Position numbers and translations under genes: made by a program. A DNA stretch of 64,000 nucleotides, taken from Bdellovibrionales bacterium. Lineage in GTDB: Bacteria; Pseudomonadota; Alphaproteobacteria; JAIXQD01. How positions within the stretch are numbered: the first letter of the stretch is position 1; every line of letters starts with the position of its first letter. The stretch is taken from positions 28,619-92,618 of the forward strand of contig JBFWRI010000003.1 in NCBI GenBank assembly GCA_050248995.1. Direction: 5' to 3'. Below, in pieces: positions 26,682 to 35,666 of this stretch. The notes under the pieces were generated by a model. The model saw only the letters and a program-made list of their open reading frames with translations. It ran no database searches and was not told the origin of the DNA.

Positions 26682-26827
26682 TGTAATCCCAGTCGTTGAA
26701 AACCCTTAACTGCCGCGAAATTAGGGCATTTTGGCGGCAGTTACTAGCCACTATTGCCCACCGCCCGCAACCCTGCTTAAGTCGGCATCACGCCCGCGCT
26801 TTACAAGGGGCGACAGGAGAAACCCCG

Positions 26828-27742
26828 ATGAAATACGCCATTTTATTCACTGTGCCACTGTTCGCCGCCCTGCTTGCCGTTGCCACACCCGTCAACGCCG
26901 CCGAGCCCAAACCCCAGACCGAACCCACGACGCCTAAGCCCGACGCCGGCGGCGATACAGTGATTGCTGTTGTGAATGGCGAGAAAATCACCAAGGCCGA
27001 CCTGGCCGACACCATCGCCGGCCTGCCGCCGCAGTTTCAGCAACTGCCGCTGCCTGCAGTCTATCCGCAGCTGCTTGAGCAGATGGTTGTCGAACGCGTC
27101 ATCCGCAAGGCCGGGTACGCCAACAACATCGATGCCACGCAGGAAGTGCGCAACCGCATGAAAGACGTTGAAAAGAAAATCGTTGCCGATGAATACCTTC
27201 GTCGCGAAGTCGCCAAGAAAATCACCGACGCCCAGCTGAAGGGCGAATACGACAAGTATGTGAAGGGCTTCAAAGGCGAACCGCAGGTGCGCGCCAGCCA
27301 CATCCTTGTGAAAACCGAAGCCGAAGCCAATGCGATTCTAAAAGAGCTGAAGAACGGTGCCGATTTTGCTGCCGTGGCAAAAGAGAAGTCGCTGGACAAG
27401 GGCGCTGCCGCAGCCGGCGGTGACCTGAATTACTTCAGCAAGGGCCAGATGGTCGAAGCGTTTGAAAAAGCCGCCTTTGCCATGAAGACAGGCGATGTCA
27501 GCGCCAAGCCCGTGAAGACGGAGTTCGGTTATCACATCATCAAGCTGACCGACAAGCGCACGTCGCAGCCCGATACGTTCGAGCAGATGAAACCGCAACT
27601 TGAAACCGTGGCCAGCCAGGACGCTGCCAAAATCGTGGTCAAGGAACTGATGCAGAAGGCTGAAGTTCAACGCTTTGACCTTGAAGGCAAGCCACTGGCC
27701 AAGAAAGTCGAAATCCAAGAGCAGCCTTCCAAGAAGAACTAG
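26828..27742 (+). CDS. periplasmic parvulin-type peptidyl-prolyl cis-trans isomerase (SurA/PpiC-like)
   Basis: Start at MKYAILFTVPLFAALLAVATPVNA (signal peptide; SD AGGAGA upstream). Parvulin domain ASHILVKTEAEA...FGYHIIKL. The track start 26696 is an upstream extension. Confidence 0.8.
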   Translation: MKYAILFTVPLFAALLAVATPVNAAEPKPQTEPTTPKPDAGGDTVIAVVNGEKITKADLADTIAGLPPQFQQLPLPAVYPQLLEQMVVERVIRKAGYANNIDATQEVRNRMKDVEKKIVADEYLRREVAKKITDAQLKGEYDKYVKGFKGEPQVRASHILVKTEAEANAILKELKNGADFAAVAKEKSLDKGAAAAGGDLNYFSKGQMVEAFEKAAFAMKTGDVSAKPVKTEFGYHIIKLTDKRTSQPDTFEQMKPQLETVASQDAAKIVVKELMQKAEVQRFDLEGKPLAKKVEIQEQPSKKN

Positions 27743-27746
27743 GGCG

Positions 27747-28406
27747 ATGTCTGACGAGTATCAGGTTCTTCCAAAAGATCTGATGGGGGCATATTACGAC
27801 GCCTGCCAGAGGTTCCGCGAGGAAGAGTTCGGCGCTGATGTTCCCATTCCTCTTGAGCAGACACGATTGTACGAGAAGGAGAATGTAAATTTCTACCGGG
27901 TTTATGGTTTGTTTACTGAAGACACCACGATCGTAAAAGCACTCGCGCAGCTTTTTCTGATCAGCGAGAAAGAATACGAATTGATGCGAAAGGGCGATCG
28001 GGACGAGCGCGAATTGAGACCCTGGTCCCGCGAAGACGGCGCCGCTGTGTTATGGGTTGCTACTGTTGTCAGCTCTATTCCCGGCGGCGCGGCCAAGGTC
28101 ATCACCGGCCTCGTTGATGACCTTGAAACGCACCCCTACACCAAAGATATCAAAACCGTGGCTGCCTTCGTTACCGGGCCCAAGGGCTATTTGTTCGCCG
28201 AGGCCTGCGGCATGAAGCAGCGGCCGGAAAAATACCACGACGATTTACCGTTCTTTGAAATGCCGTTCGAGGTCAGCGCACTGGCCCGTGCCGGTGATAT
28301 CTTATCGCGCGCATGGAATATCGACGCTGCGCGCGAGAAGCTGCAGAAGTTCAAGGAAGAGCGCGGCGGTATCGTCACCCTGCGTGACGGCAGCTTTAAG
28401 TCATAG
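27747..28406 (+). CDS. hypothetical protein (219 aa)
   Basis: Start MSDEYQVLPKDL. No known motif. Somewhat lower GC than neighbours. Confidence 0.5.
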   Translation: MSDEYQVLPKDLMGAYYDACQRFREEEFGADVPIPLEQTRLYEKENVNFYRVYGLFTEDTTIVKALAQLFLISEKEYELMRKGDRDERELRPWSREDGAAVLWVATVVSSIPGGAAKVITGLVDDLETHPYTKDIKTVAAFVTGPKGYLFAEACGMKQRPEKYHDDLPFFEMPFEVSALARAGDILSRAWNIDAAREKLQKFKEERGGIVTLRDGSFKS

Positions 28407-28417
28407 GGGTACCATTT

Positions 28418-28870
28418 ATGAATTGCCTGTTCTGCGGTTTTGTTGATGGCTCTGTCCCTTGCCACAAGGTGTGGGAAGATGACAAACACATGGCCTTCCT
28501 GACCATTTTTCCCAACACGCCGGGCGTGACCGTGGTGATTACCAAGGACCACCACGACAGCTATTTCGCCGATGTCCCCGAAAGTGTGCGCACCGGTCTG
28601 GTGAACGCCGCAGCAACCGTCGCTAAAAAGATTGATGCTGCATTTCCTGATGTCGGTCGCTGTGCGATGGTATTCGAAGGCTTCGGCGTCAACCACATTC
28701 ACGCCAAGCTGTTCCCGTTGCACGGCACGGCACTGCCCGAGTGGAAGCCGATCAAAAGGGACCAGCGCAAATTCTTCGACCAGTACGAAGGCTTTATCTC
28801 GTCACACGACTGCGAACGTGCTGATGATAAGGTTCTAGCTGATATCGCCGCAAAAATCCGCGCGGCCTAG
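28418..28870 (+). CDS. HIT (histidine triad) family protein
   Basis: N-terminus MNCLFCGFVDGSVPCHKVWEDDKHMAFLTIFPNTPGVTVV is typical of HIT. Variant triad VNHIHAKLFP. Confidence 0.7.
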   Translation: MNCLFCGFVDGSVPCHKVWEDDKHMAFLTIFPNTPGVTVVITKDHHDSYFADVPESVRTGLVNAAATVAKKIDAAFPDVGRCAMVFEGFGVNHIHAKLFPLHGTALPEWKPIKRDQRKFFDQYEGFISSHDCERADDKVLADIAAKIRAA

Positions 28871-29637
28871 CGCACCGGCGCGGCCACTTCGGCGGCAGCA
28901 GCGCTTAAATCGTTCTGAAACTCTTCGTCGTTCAGCAGGCTGCCCAGCATGATAGCTGCCAATGTGCGCCCGCCTTCCAAGTCAACCGGGTAATGCACGC
29001 CCGCCTGCACGCGATGCCAGGCGATCTCGCTGGCACGTTCACGAAGTACACCGCGTTTCTCTGGGAACAGTAGGCCCAGCACCTCGGCCAGCAAATGGTT
29101 GACCGACGTATGGCCGCTCGGATAAGAACCGCCGCGATCTTTGGGCGGCAACAATAGTTTGATTTTCTTGTCGACCAGATGCGGGCGCCGCGCCTGCCAG
29201 AACTTTTTGGCCTTCTTTGTTGCCGCGACACCCGTGTCTTCTGTCTTTTGCAGTAATGCAAAAGTCTTGGGATAGGCTGTTGCTGTGAATCCTTCACCAA
29301 TAACCGCTATAAGAGTCTCAGACGACTCTACATCTTCATTCAAAAGACCTGTCATCGCATCGGCTGAAACGTTTTTCTGCGCAGCACGCACCTGTGCCAG
29401 TTGCTTCTTGTGTGCCTTGCTGCCTTCGGCCGGCGGTGACGGCAGAAGTTCGGGCGACAGCGCGCCGGCAGGCAGATAAACATCTTTCGCTTCGCCGTGC
29501 GGCGCGGGCGCAACCAACACATGAGCCGGCGGTGCGATTTCGGCCAACACCGGCAACGGCGGTGCCTGGTTGGCGGGCGTGACGGCCGCCTGCGCAGGCA
29601 GCGCCAGCAACATCGCCAGAAGCAACAAGGTACGCAT
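28867..29637 (-). CDS. PAP2-family acid phosphatase (periplasmic)
   Basis: Signal MRTLLLLAMLLALPAQA. PAP2 motifs ...RRPH..., YPSGHTS, SEIAWHRVQAGVHYPVD. Convergent 4-nt overlap with the HIT gene. Confidence 0.7.
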   Translation of the reverse strand: MRTLLLLAMLLALPAQAAVTPANQAPPLPVLAEIAPPAHVLVAPAPHGEAKDVYLPAGALSPELLPSPPAEGSKAHKKQLAQVRAAQKNVSADAMTGLLNEDVESSETLIAVIGEGFTATAYPKTFALLQKTEDTGVAATKKAKKFWQARRPHLVDKKIKLLLPPKDRGGSYPSGHTSVNHLLAEVLGLLFPEKRGVLRERASEIAWHRVQAGVHYPVDLEGGRTLAAIMLGSLLNDEEFQNDLSAAAAEVAAPVR

Positions 29638-29674
29638 GTGTTTCTGATAGCAGGAATTCGCTTGACTGCCTAGC

Positions 29675-30136
29675 ATGCGCTCTTCATGTTTCACGACAGG
29701 ATTTCACATGTGCTGCGACGACGAAAAACTTCCACCCATTATCCCGTTCACCCGGCGTATTCTTGTAGCCGCCGCAGCGCTGTATGATGCCGACGGCCGC
29801 GTGCTGATTTCCGAGCACATCAAGCCACGCTGGCGCGGGTACTGGGAGTTTCCGGGCGGTCTAATCGAAGAAAACGAGGTTCCCGAACTTACGGTCATCC
29901 GCGAACTCAAGGAAGAACTTGGCATCACCGTGTGCCGCGGCTGCCTGCAGCCCATCACATTCGCTAGTTATGTGTACGAAGAACTGGGCCACATGTTGAT
30001 GGCACTGTATGCCGTGCGTAAGTGGGAAGGCACGCCCACATCGCTGGAAGGCAAAAAGCTGGCGTGGGTGAAGCCGAACGAGCTGAAAGACTGGAACCTG
30101 CTGCCGGCCGATATCCCGCTGATCAGCTATCTTTAA
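29675..30136 (+). CDS. NUDIX hydrolase (MutT-like)
   Basis: Nudix box GYWEFPGGLIEENEVPELTVIRELKEELGI. Start possibly at MCCDD (29708). Confidence 0.75.
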   Translation: MRSSCFTTGFHMCCDDEKLPPIIPFTRRILVAAAALYDADGRVLISEHIKPRWRGYWEFPGGLIEENEVPELTVIRELKEELGITVCRGCLQPITFASYVYEELGHMLMALYAVRKWEGTPTSLEGKKLAWVKPNELKDWNLLPADIPLISYL

Positions 30137-30769
30137 TTATTGCGGCGCAGTTTGCGGACCAACAGCTGCCGCTGCGGCGTCTCCACGCAGAATTGTTACC
30201 GTCGGACGCGCTGCTGCAAGATCTTCCACCTGCACTGCAATGTCGTTGTCAAGCAGGACAAGCGTGTAGCTCGTGGCAACACCTGCGTCGTTACGCGCTT
30301 CCACCATGGCCATGCGCTCGTTAAATATATTCGGCATATTGGGTTGTGTGGCCAGATAGGCGTGCGCTTCAAATATGGCTGTTAATGCAGTCCGGGCCTG
30401 CGCCGGCGTATAATCGGAGCCTAAAATCCAAAGCCGCTCATCAACAAGGTACAATGACAAAGTGCTGCTCTCCCCATCATGCGATGGCGGCATGCGGCAC
30501 GCTACAACCCCTTCATTATACGCTGTACGTTGGTGAGCGGGCGAAAGGCTGTCAAACCACGTGGTGCCCGGCGTTACACCCTCAATCAAACCCAGAACGC
30601 TGCTGCAGGTGAGCAAGGAGCGCATTTCTACTTGATGGCTGGCAATGGTCGCCGCGTACGAGGCGGCGCGTGCATCACGCGCCCGGTCTGCGCCGGATGG
30701 ACCTATGGTAGCACAGCCTGATAATAGGACGGCGGAGACCGCGCTGGCGGCCAACAATGACGTTTTCAT
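30137..30769 (-). CDS. hypothetical lipoprotein
   Basis: Signal plus lipobox AVLLSGC. 210 aa. Confidence 0.55.
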   Translation of the reverse strand: MKTSLLAASAVSAVLLSGCATIGPSGADRARDARAASYAATIASHQVEMRSLLTCSSVLGLIEGVTPGTTWFDSLSPAHQRTAYNEGVVACRMPPSHDGESSTLSLYLVDERLWILGSDYTPAQARTALTAIFEAHAYLATQPNMPNIFNERMAMVEARNDAGVATSYTLVLLDNDIAVQVEDLAAARPTVTILRGDAAAAAVGPQTAPQ

Positions 30770-30865
30770 ATCTGTTCCTTGTTATGGGAACAGTACTAGG
30801 CGTTTACCCACCTGAAAGTCAATGTTTGCAGACGCAGCGGCCATAAGCGTAAGTAATACTTGGTT

Positions 30866-31903
30866 TTACTCATCGCCGGCCTCGGCCGTATCTTCGCCCG
30901 CCATCATTGCCCCGGCTACAAGGCCGGCATTGGCGCGGATCTTGGCTTCCAGTTCGTCGGCAACTGCCGGGTTTTCCTTCAGGTAGGTCTTGGCGTTTTC
31001 ACGCCCCTGACCAATGCGCTGGCCGCCATAAGCGAACCACGAACCCGACTTTTCAACCACACCGGCGGCAACGCCGAGATCCAGCAGTTCGCCGGTCTTG
31101 GATACGCCTTCGCCATACATGATATCGAATTCCACCACGCGGAACGGCGGTGCCATCTTGTTCTTCACCACTTTCACGCGCGTCTGGTTACCAACAACCG
31201 TATCCTTATCCTTGATCTGGCCGATGCGGCGGATATCAAGACGTACTGAGGCATAGAACTTCAGCGCGTTACCACCCGTGGTGGTTTCAGGGCTGCCGAA
31301 CATCACGCCGATCTTCATGCGGATCTGGTTGATGAAGATCACCAGACAGCCGCTGCGTGAAATCGTGCCGGTCAGCTTGCGCAGCGCCTGACTCATCAGG
31401 CGGGCATGCAGGCCCATGTGGCTATCGCCCATTTCGCCTTCAAGTTCGGCTCGCGGCACCAGCGCAGCAACGGAGTCGACAACCAGCACATCAATCGCGC
31501 CGCTGCGTACCAGCGTATCGGCGATTTCCAGCGCCTGTTCGCCGGCATCCGGCTGCGAGATGAGAAGTTCTTCAACGTTCACGCCCAGCTTCTTGGCATA
31601 GGCCGGGTCCAGTGCGTGCTCGGCATCCACGAAAGCGCAGGTACCGCCTTTGCGCTGCGCAGCCGCAATCGCGTGCAGCGCCAGTGTTGTCTTGCCCGAG
31701 CTTTCCGGGCCGAAAATCTCGATCACGCGACCCTTAGGCAGGCCACCGATACCCAGCGCGATATCAAGGCCCAGCGAGCCAGTTGAAACCACTTCGGTTT
31801 CTGCAACCTGCTGGCCGGTGCCGAGCTTCATGATCGAGCCCTTGCCGAACGCGCGTTCAATTTGCCCCAGGGCGGCGTCCAGCGCTTTTTGCTTATCCAT
31901 CAT
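30866..31903 (-). CDS. recA: recombinase RecA
   Basis: [28 protein letters not shown]... with Walker [10 protein letters not shown]. The track start 31984 is an extension. Confidence 0.97.
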   Translation of the reverse strand: MMDKQKALDAALGQIERAFGKGSIMKLGTGQQVAETEVVSTGSLGLDIALGIGGLPKGRVIEIFGPESSGKTTLALHAIAAAQRKGGTCAFVDAEHALDPAYAKKLGVNVEELLISQPDAGEQALEIADTLVRSGAIDVLVVDSVAALVPRAELEGEMGDSHMGLHARLMSQALRKLTGTISRSGCLVIFINQIRMKIGVMFGSPETTTGGNALKFYASVRLDIRRIGQIKDKDTVVGNQTRVKVVKNKMAPPFRVVEFDIMYGEGVSKTGELLDLGVAAGVVEKSGSWFAYGGQRIGQGRENAKTYLKENPAVADELEAKIRANAGLVAGAMMAGEDTAEAGDE

Positions 31904-32052
31904 ACTTGCAGATTCCTTCTCAACGATCCGGAGGGGGGAGGGGGAGGACATCGGTGAAAACTCCACGACTAGATGTTCTGGCACAAGCGCCGGTTGCCTT
32001 CAAGTTTGGGGCGTTTGGAGGACCACCCCGGGGAATTTGAAGAATGATTTGT

Positions 32053-32067
32053 TGTACTTGTTTTGTT
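32053..32067. promoter_or_regulatory. candidate alpha-proteobacterial LexA (SOS) box, one mismatch (GTAC-N7-GTTC)
   Basis: GTACTTGTTTTGTTC in the recA/amn divergent intergenic region, 20 nt from a perfect box. Confidence 0.35.
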
Positions 32068-32086
32068 CTCGTCTGTCCAGAGGAAA

Positions 32087-32101
32087 AGTTCTAGTTTTGT
32101 T
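32087..32101. promoter_or_regulatory. alpha-proteobacterial LexA (SOS) box GTTC-N7-GTTC upstream of recA
   Basis: GTTCTAGTTTTGTTC, a perfect direct-repeat box about 185 nt upstream of the recA start. Confidence 0.55.
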
Positions 32102-32180
32102 CTTTTTTATGTTGTTACTTGGCAATGACTTAGCATTCTTAATGGTTTTATAGCGGAAATGGGCGCAGACTGGGTCGAAC

Positions 32181-33650
32181 ATGACGACAATGTTCACATC
32201 AGCAACCACAGCCCCTGAATTCTTTACCGACCCGGCCGAGGCCCTGGCCGCCGTGCAGCAGATTTACGCCGCCAACACGGCATGGCTGCGCCAGTCGCTA
32301 AAGGATTTTACGCACGGCAAGATGCTGCCGGCGAAAGCCACTGCCACTTATCCCTATATTGCACTGACCACCACCAAGCAGACGCACGTCGATCCTCGCC
32401 TGGCCTACGGCTTCGTTCCCGGCCCCGGCCGCTATGAAAGCACGCTGACACGTCCCGATATCTTTGGCCGCTATTACATTGAACAGTTCGCGCGCCTGAT
32501 GAAAAACCACGACGCGCCGCTGGAAGTCGGCGTCAGCACGCAGCCTATTCCCGTGCACTTTGCACACCCGGCCGGTATCGCGGTTGAATCCGACCTGACA
32601 CCCGATCACATGCGCGCGATGCATGATTACTTCGATGTTCCCGACCTGACACGCCTTGATGACCGCGTGGCCAACGGCACGGCAACGGCGCCCGCATCGT
32701 CGATCATGCCGCTGGCGCTGTTTACCGCCGAACGCGTCGATTACTCGCTGCACCGCCTGCGCCATTACACAGCGACCGACGCCGACCACTTCCAGAACTT
32801 CGTCATCTTCACCAACTATCAGTTTTATGTTGATGAATTCATCCGCACCTGCCACGACCTGATGGGCAAGGATGGCCATGATTATACGGCTTTCGTCGAG
32901 CCCGGCGGCTTTACCACCCGCAAGGGCGGGGCTGTTTCGGGCGAGCGCTGCGCGCGCATGCCGCAGATGCCGGCCTATCACCTGCAGCGTGCCGGCAGCG
33001 GCGGCATCACCCTGATCAACATCGGCGTCGGCCCGTCAAACGCGAAAACGATTACCGACCATTGTGCCGTGCTGCGCCCGCATGCGTGGCTGATGCTGGG
33101 GCACTGCGCCGGCCTGCGCCGCGAACAGCGCCTTGGCGATTATGTGCTGGCGCACGCCTATGTGCGCGATGACCACGTACTGGATTCTGACCTGCCCATC
33201 TGGGTGCCGCTGCCGGCGCTGTCGGAAATCCAGACTGCGCTGGAAACCGCCGTGCGCGAAGTCACCGGCCTGTCGGGTTATGAAGCGAAAAGCATCATGC
33301 GTACGGGTACGGTGATGAGCATCGATGACCGCAACTGGGAACTGCGCAGCGGGGCCGAGCTGTGGCCGCGCTTCTCGCAATCGCGCGCCATCGCCCTCGA
33401 TATGGAAAGCGCCGCCATTGCCGCCAACGGCTTCCGCTTCCGCGTGCCGTACGGCACGCTGCTGTGCGTTTCCGATAAACCGCTGCACGGCGAGATCAAA
33501 CTGCCGGGCATGGCCGACAAGTTCTACCGCGAACGCGTTGACCAGCATTTAAAGGTCGGTATGCGGGCCATGGAAATGCTGGCGGCAATGTCAACCGAAC
33601 AGCTGCACAGCCGCAAGCTGCGCAACTTCGTCGAAACTGCTTTCCAGTAA
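32181..33650 (+). CDS. amn: AMP nucleosidase
   Basis: 489 aa. Collinear with E. coli Amn (…FVIFTNYQFYVDEF…, GITLINIGVGPSNAKTITDH, LDMESAAIAA, VPYGTLLCVSDKPLHGEIKLPG). Confidence 0.92.
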   Translation: MTTMFTSATTAPEFFTDPAEALAAVQQIYAANTAWLRQSLKDFTHGKMLPAKATATYPYIALTTTKQTHVDPRLAYGFVPGPGRYESTLTRPDIFGRYYIEQFARLMKNHDAPLEVGVSTQPIPVHFAHPAGIAVESDLTPDHMRAMHDYFDVPDLTRLDDRVANGTATAPASSIMPLALFTAERVDYSLHRLRHYTATDADHFQNFVIFTNYQFYVDEFIRTCHDLMGKDGHDYTAFVEPGGFTTRKGGAVSGERCARMPQMPAYHLQRAGSGGITLINIGVGPSNAKTITDHCAVLRPHAWLMLGHCAGLRREQRLGDYVLAHAYVRDDHVLDSDLPIWVPLPALSEIQTALETAVREVTGLSGYEAKSIMRTGTVMSIDDRNWELRSGAELWPRFSQSRAIALDMESAAIAANGFRFRVPYGTLLCVSDKPLHGEIKLPGMADKFYRERVDQHLKVGMRAMEMLAAMSTEQLHSRKLRNFVETAFQ

Positions 33651-33654
33651 ACCT

Positions 33655-34536
33655 CTAACTTATAAACATTCCACAAGAAGCCATCACGTCGAACCCGACG
33701 CGCGGCACAATGCGGCTTTCTTCGCTTCCCAACCCATCCTTCAGGATTTTGAAGTTGCGTTCAATCACATCCTCGTCCGGTTCGCGGCCCTGTTTTTCGG
33801 AATACGGGTTATAGCGCACAAGGTTGAACTTGGCGCGTAGCCCGTGCGCGCGCACGGCGCCGACGATGTTTTTTACGTTTGCTTCGCTGTCGTTCTCGCC
33901 TTCAATAAACGCGCCGTGAATAACCGCGTGCTGCTTCACACCCTTTTGCCAATCGGCAATCTTCTGCAGCGCCGCATGCGGCTCCATTGCCTTCGGCAGC
34001 CAGCGGCGGCGGAAATCGTCATCCAGTGAATACAGCGAGTAATAGATGAACACATCCGGCTTGTCGCCGAACACATCGGCCAGATCCACGCTTTCCAATC
34101 CCTTTGGCATAATCGTGGAAATATTGAACTTGGCTTTCAGCCCCTGCGCGGCAGCAAGCTCTTTCAGGCCGTTATAAATCGTATCGAAGTCTTTCAGCAT
34201 GTGCGGGTTGGCCAGCGGCTCGCCCCGCGCCATCCAGTTGAAGTTCACGCGCTGCGCCTTTCCTTCAGAACGCTTTACGCCGGCATAGTAATTCAGCACG
34301 TCGCGACCCTGCGCGATAATCTCGCCCGGCGTCAGGTCGACATACTTTGTCTGGCCGGTCTGCGTTAGAAAACAAAAGCGACACGCACGGTTGCAGCCGG
34401 TTTGTGATGAAAGATAGGCGATGAAGTAATCGTCGCTGCGGCGCACATAACGCACCTCGACCTTGCCAACTGTATCGTGCTCTGAAATCCAGTTTACCGA
34501 GCGGTCCTGCTCGGAGAATAATATTTGTGTTTTCAT
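33655..34536 (-). CDS. RlmN/Cfr-family radical SAM protein lacking the N-terminal domain
   Basis: 294 aa from MKTQILFSEQ (SD GGGAGA). CxxxCxxC motif SSQTGCNRACRFC. Collinear with RlmN through the MGEPL, STSG, NL(V/I)xxNP and C-terminal DVMASCGMF (RlmN DIDAACGQL) segments. The position of RlmN Cys118 is Tyr. Confidence 0.75.
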   Translation of the reverse strand: MKTQILFSEQDRSVNWISEHDTVGKVEVRYVRRSDDYFIAYLSSQTGCNRACRFCFLTQTGQTKYVDLTPGEIIAQGRDVLNYYAGVKRSEGKAQRVNFNWMARGEPLANPHMLKDFDTIYNGLKELAAAQGLKAKFNISTIMPKGLESVDLADVFGDKPDVFIYYSLYSLDDDFRRRWLPKAMEPHAALQKIADWQKGVKQHAVIHGAFIEGENDSEANVKNIVGAVRAHGLRAKFNLVRYNPYSEKQGREPDEDVIERNFKILKDGLGSEESRIVPRVGFDVMASCGMFIS

Positions 34537-34721
34537 GAAATCTCCCGTGAGTGAAGTACCTACGGGAAACCAGAAGAACGTTGATTCCGGAAACTGCCTA
34601 GACATCAAACCCTATGGGCTTGGGGCGTGAAAACACCATATATAGGTGAAACACTACATCTTGTTTTTCACAAAGTTTTCCCCACTAGGGAAACATGCCG
34701 TGAAACAAAAGTAATTGTGGA

Positions 34722-35666
34722 TTAAGCTCCCATCAGTGCTTTGGCAAAGCTTTCGGCGTCAAACGCCTGCAGGTCTTCAATGCCTTCGCCGACGCCCAGC
34801 GCCACGATGGGCAGCTTGTGTTGTGTGGCCAGCGCCACCACCATGCCGCCCTTGGCGGTACCATCCAGTTTCGTCACGACAAGGCCCGATACATTCACCA
34901 TCTCGCGGAACACCTGAGTCTGGCTCAGCGCGTTCTGGCCCGTGGTGGCATCCAGCACCAGCAGCGTGGCATGCGGCGCCGTGGCATCCACTTTCTGGAT
35001 TGCGCGCACAACCTTTTTCAGCTCTTCCATCAGCTCGGCCTTATTCTGCAACCGCCCGGCGGTATCGATCAGCAGCACATCGGCGGCCTCGCGCTGCGCG
35101 CGCTCGACAGCTTCAAACGCAAGGCCAGCCGCATCGGCGCCGGTTTCGCGCGATATCACCGGCACGCCGGCACGGGCGCCCCATGTTTGCAACTGCTCCA
35201 CGGCTGCCGCGCGGAAGGTATCGCCCGCTGCCAGCATCACATTCTTACCGGCCTGCTTGAATTGCGCGGCCAGCTTACCCAGCGTTGTGGTTTTGCCGCT
35301 GCCGTTCACGCCCACCATCAGAATAACGAATGGCTTGTGTGTTTCAACGTTCAGTGGCTGCGCCACAGGCTGCAGGCGCGCGGCAATGTCAGTGGCCAGA
35401 AATGCACGCACTTCGGCATCATCGACATCCTGGCCAAAACGCTGCTTGCCGAACGCGGCGGTGATTTCAGCTGCCAGCGCGGGGCCCAGATCGGCCGTGA
35501 TTAAAATTTCTTCCAGTTCTTCCAGCGCAGCATCATCCAGCCGGCGCTTGGTGAAGGTATCGGTGATGGATGTGCTGATTTTATCGGCTGACTTCGACAA
35601 GCCCTCGCCCAGCCGCACCAACCACGACTTCTCTTCGGGCTTGTCTTTCTTGAACAGGCCTAGCAT
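34722..35666 (-). CDS. ftsY: signal recognition particle receptor FtsY (short form, NG domain only)
   Basis: PFVILMVGVNGSGKTTTLGKLA, DTAGRLQNK, TKLDGTAKGG motifs. 314 aa. Confidence 0.93.
   Translation of the reverse strand: MLGLFKKDKPEEKSWLVRLGEGLSKSADKISTSITDTFTKRRLDDAALEELEEILITADLGPALAAEITAAFGKQRFGQDVDDAEVRAFLATDIAARLQPVAQPLNVETHKPFVILMVGVNGSGKTTTLGKLAAQFKQAGKNVMLAAGDTFRAAAVEQLQTWGARAGVPVISRETGADAAGLAFEAVERAQREAADVLLIDTAGRLQNKAELMEELKKVVRAIQKVDATAPHATLLVLDATTGQNALSQTQVFREMVNVSGLVVTKLDGTAKGGMVVALATQHKLPIVALGVGEGIEDLQAFDAESFAKALMGA

Noticed and set aside
26696-26827. N-terminal 44-codon extension of the PPIase ORF
   Set aside because: The signal peptide begins at the internal Met (26828), which has a good SD (AGGAGA). 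The extension would place charged residues before the signal peptide.
30772-30793. Perfect 7-bp hairpin CTGTTCC-N8-GGAACAG downstream of recA
   Set aside because: No U-tract on the transcribed strand, and the 3' arm abuts the ATG of the next lipoprotein gene. More likely a translational or RBS-occluding element or coincidence than a recA terminator.
34540-34721. Hairpin-like sequences (CCCGT...ACGGG, GTTTTCCC...GGGAAAC) in the ftsY to RlmN-like intergenic region
   Set aside because: Imperfect stems without a convincing poly-U tail. Could be a weak terminator but evidence is insufficient.
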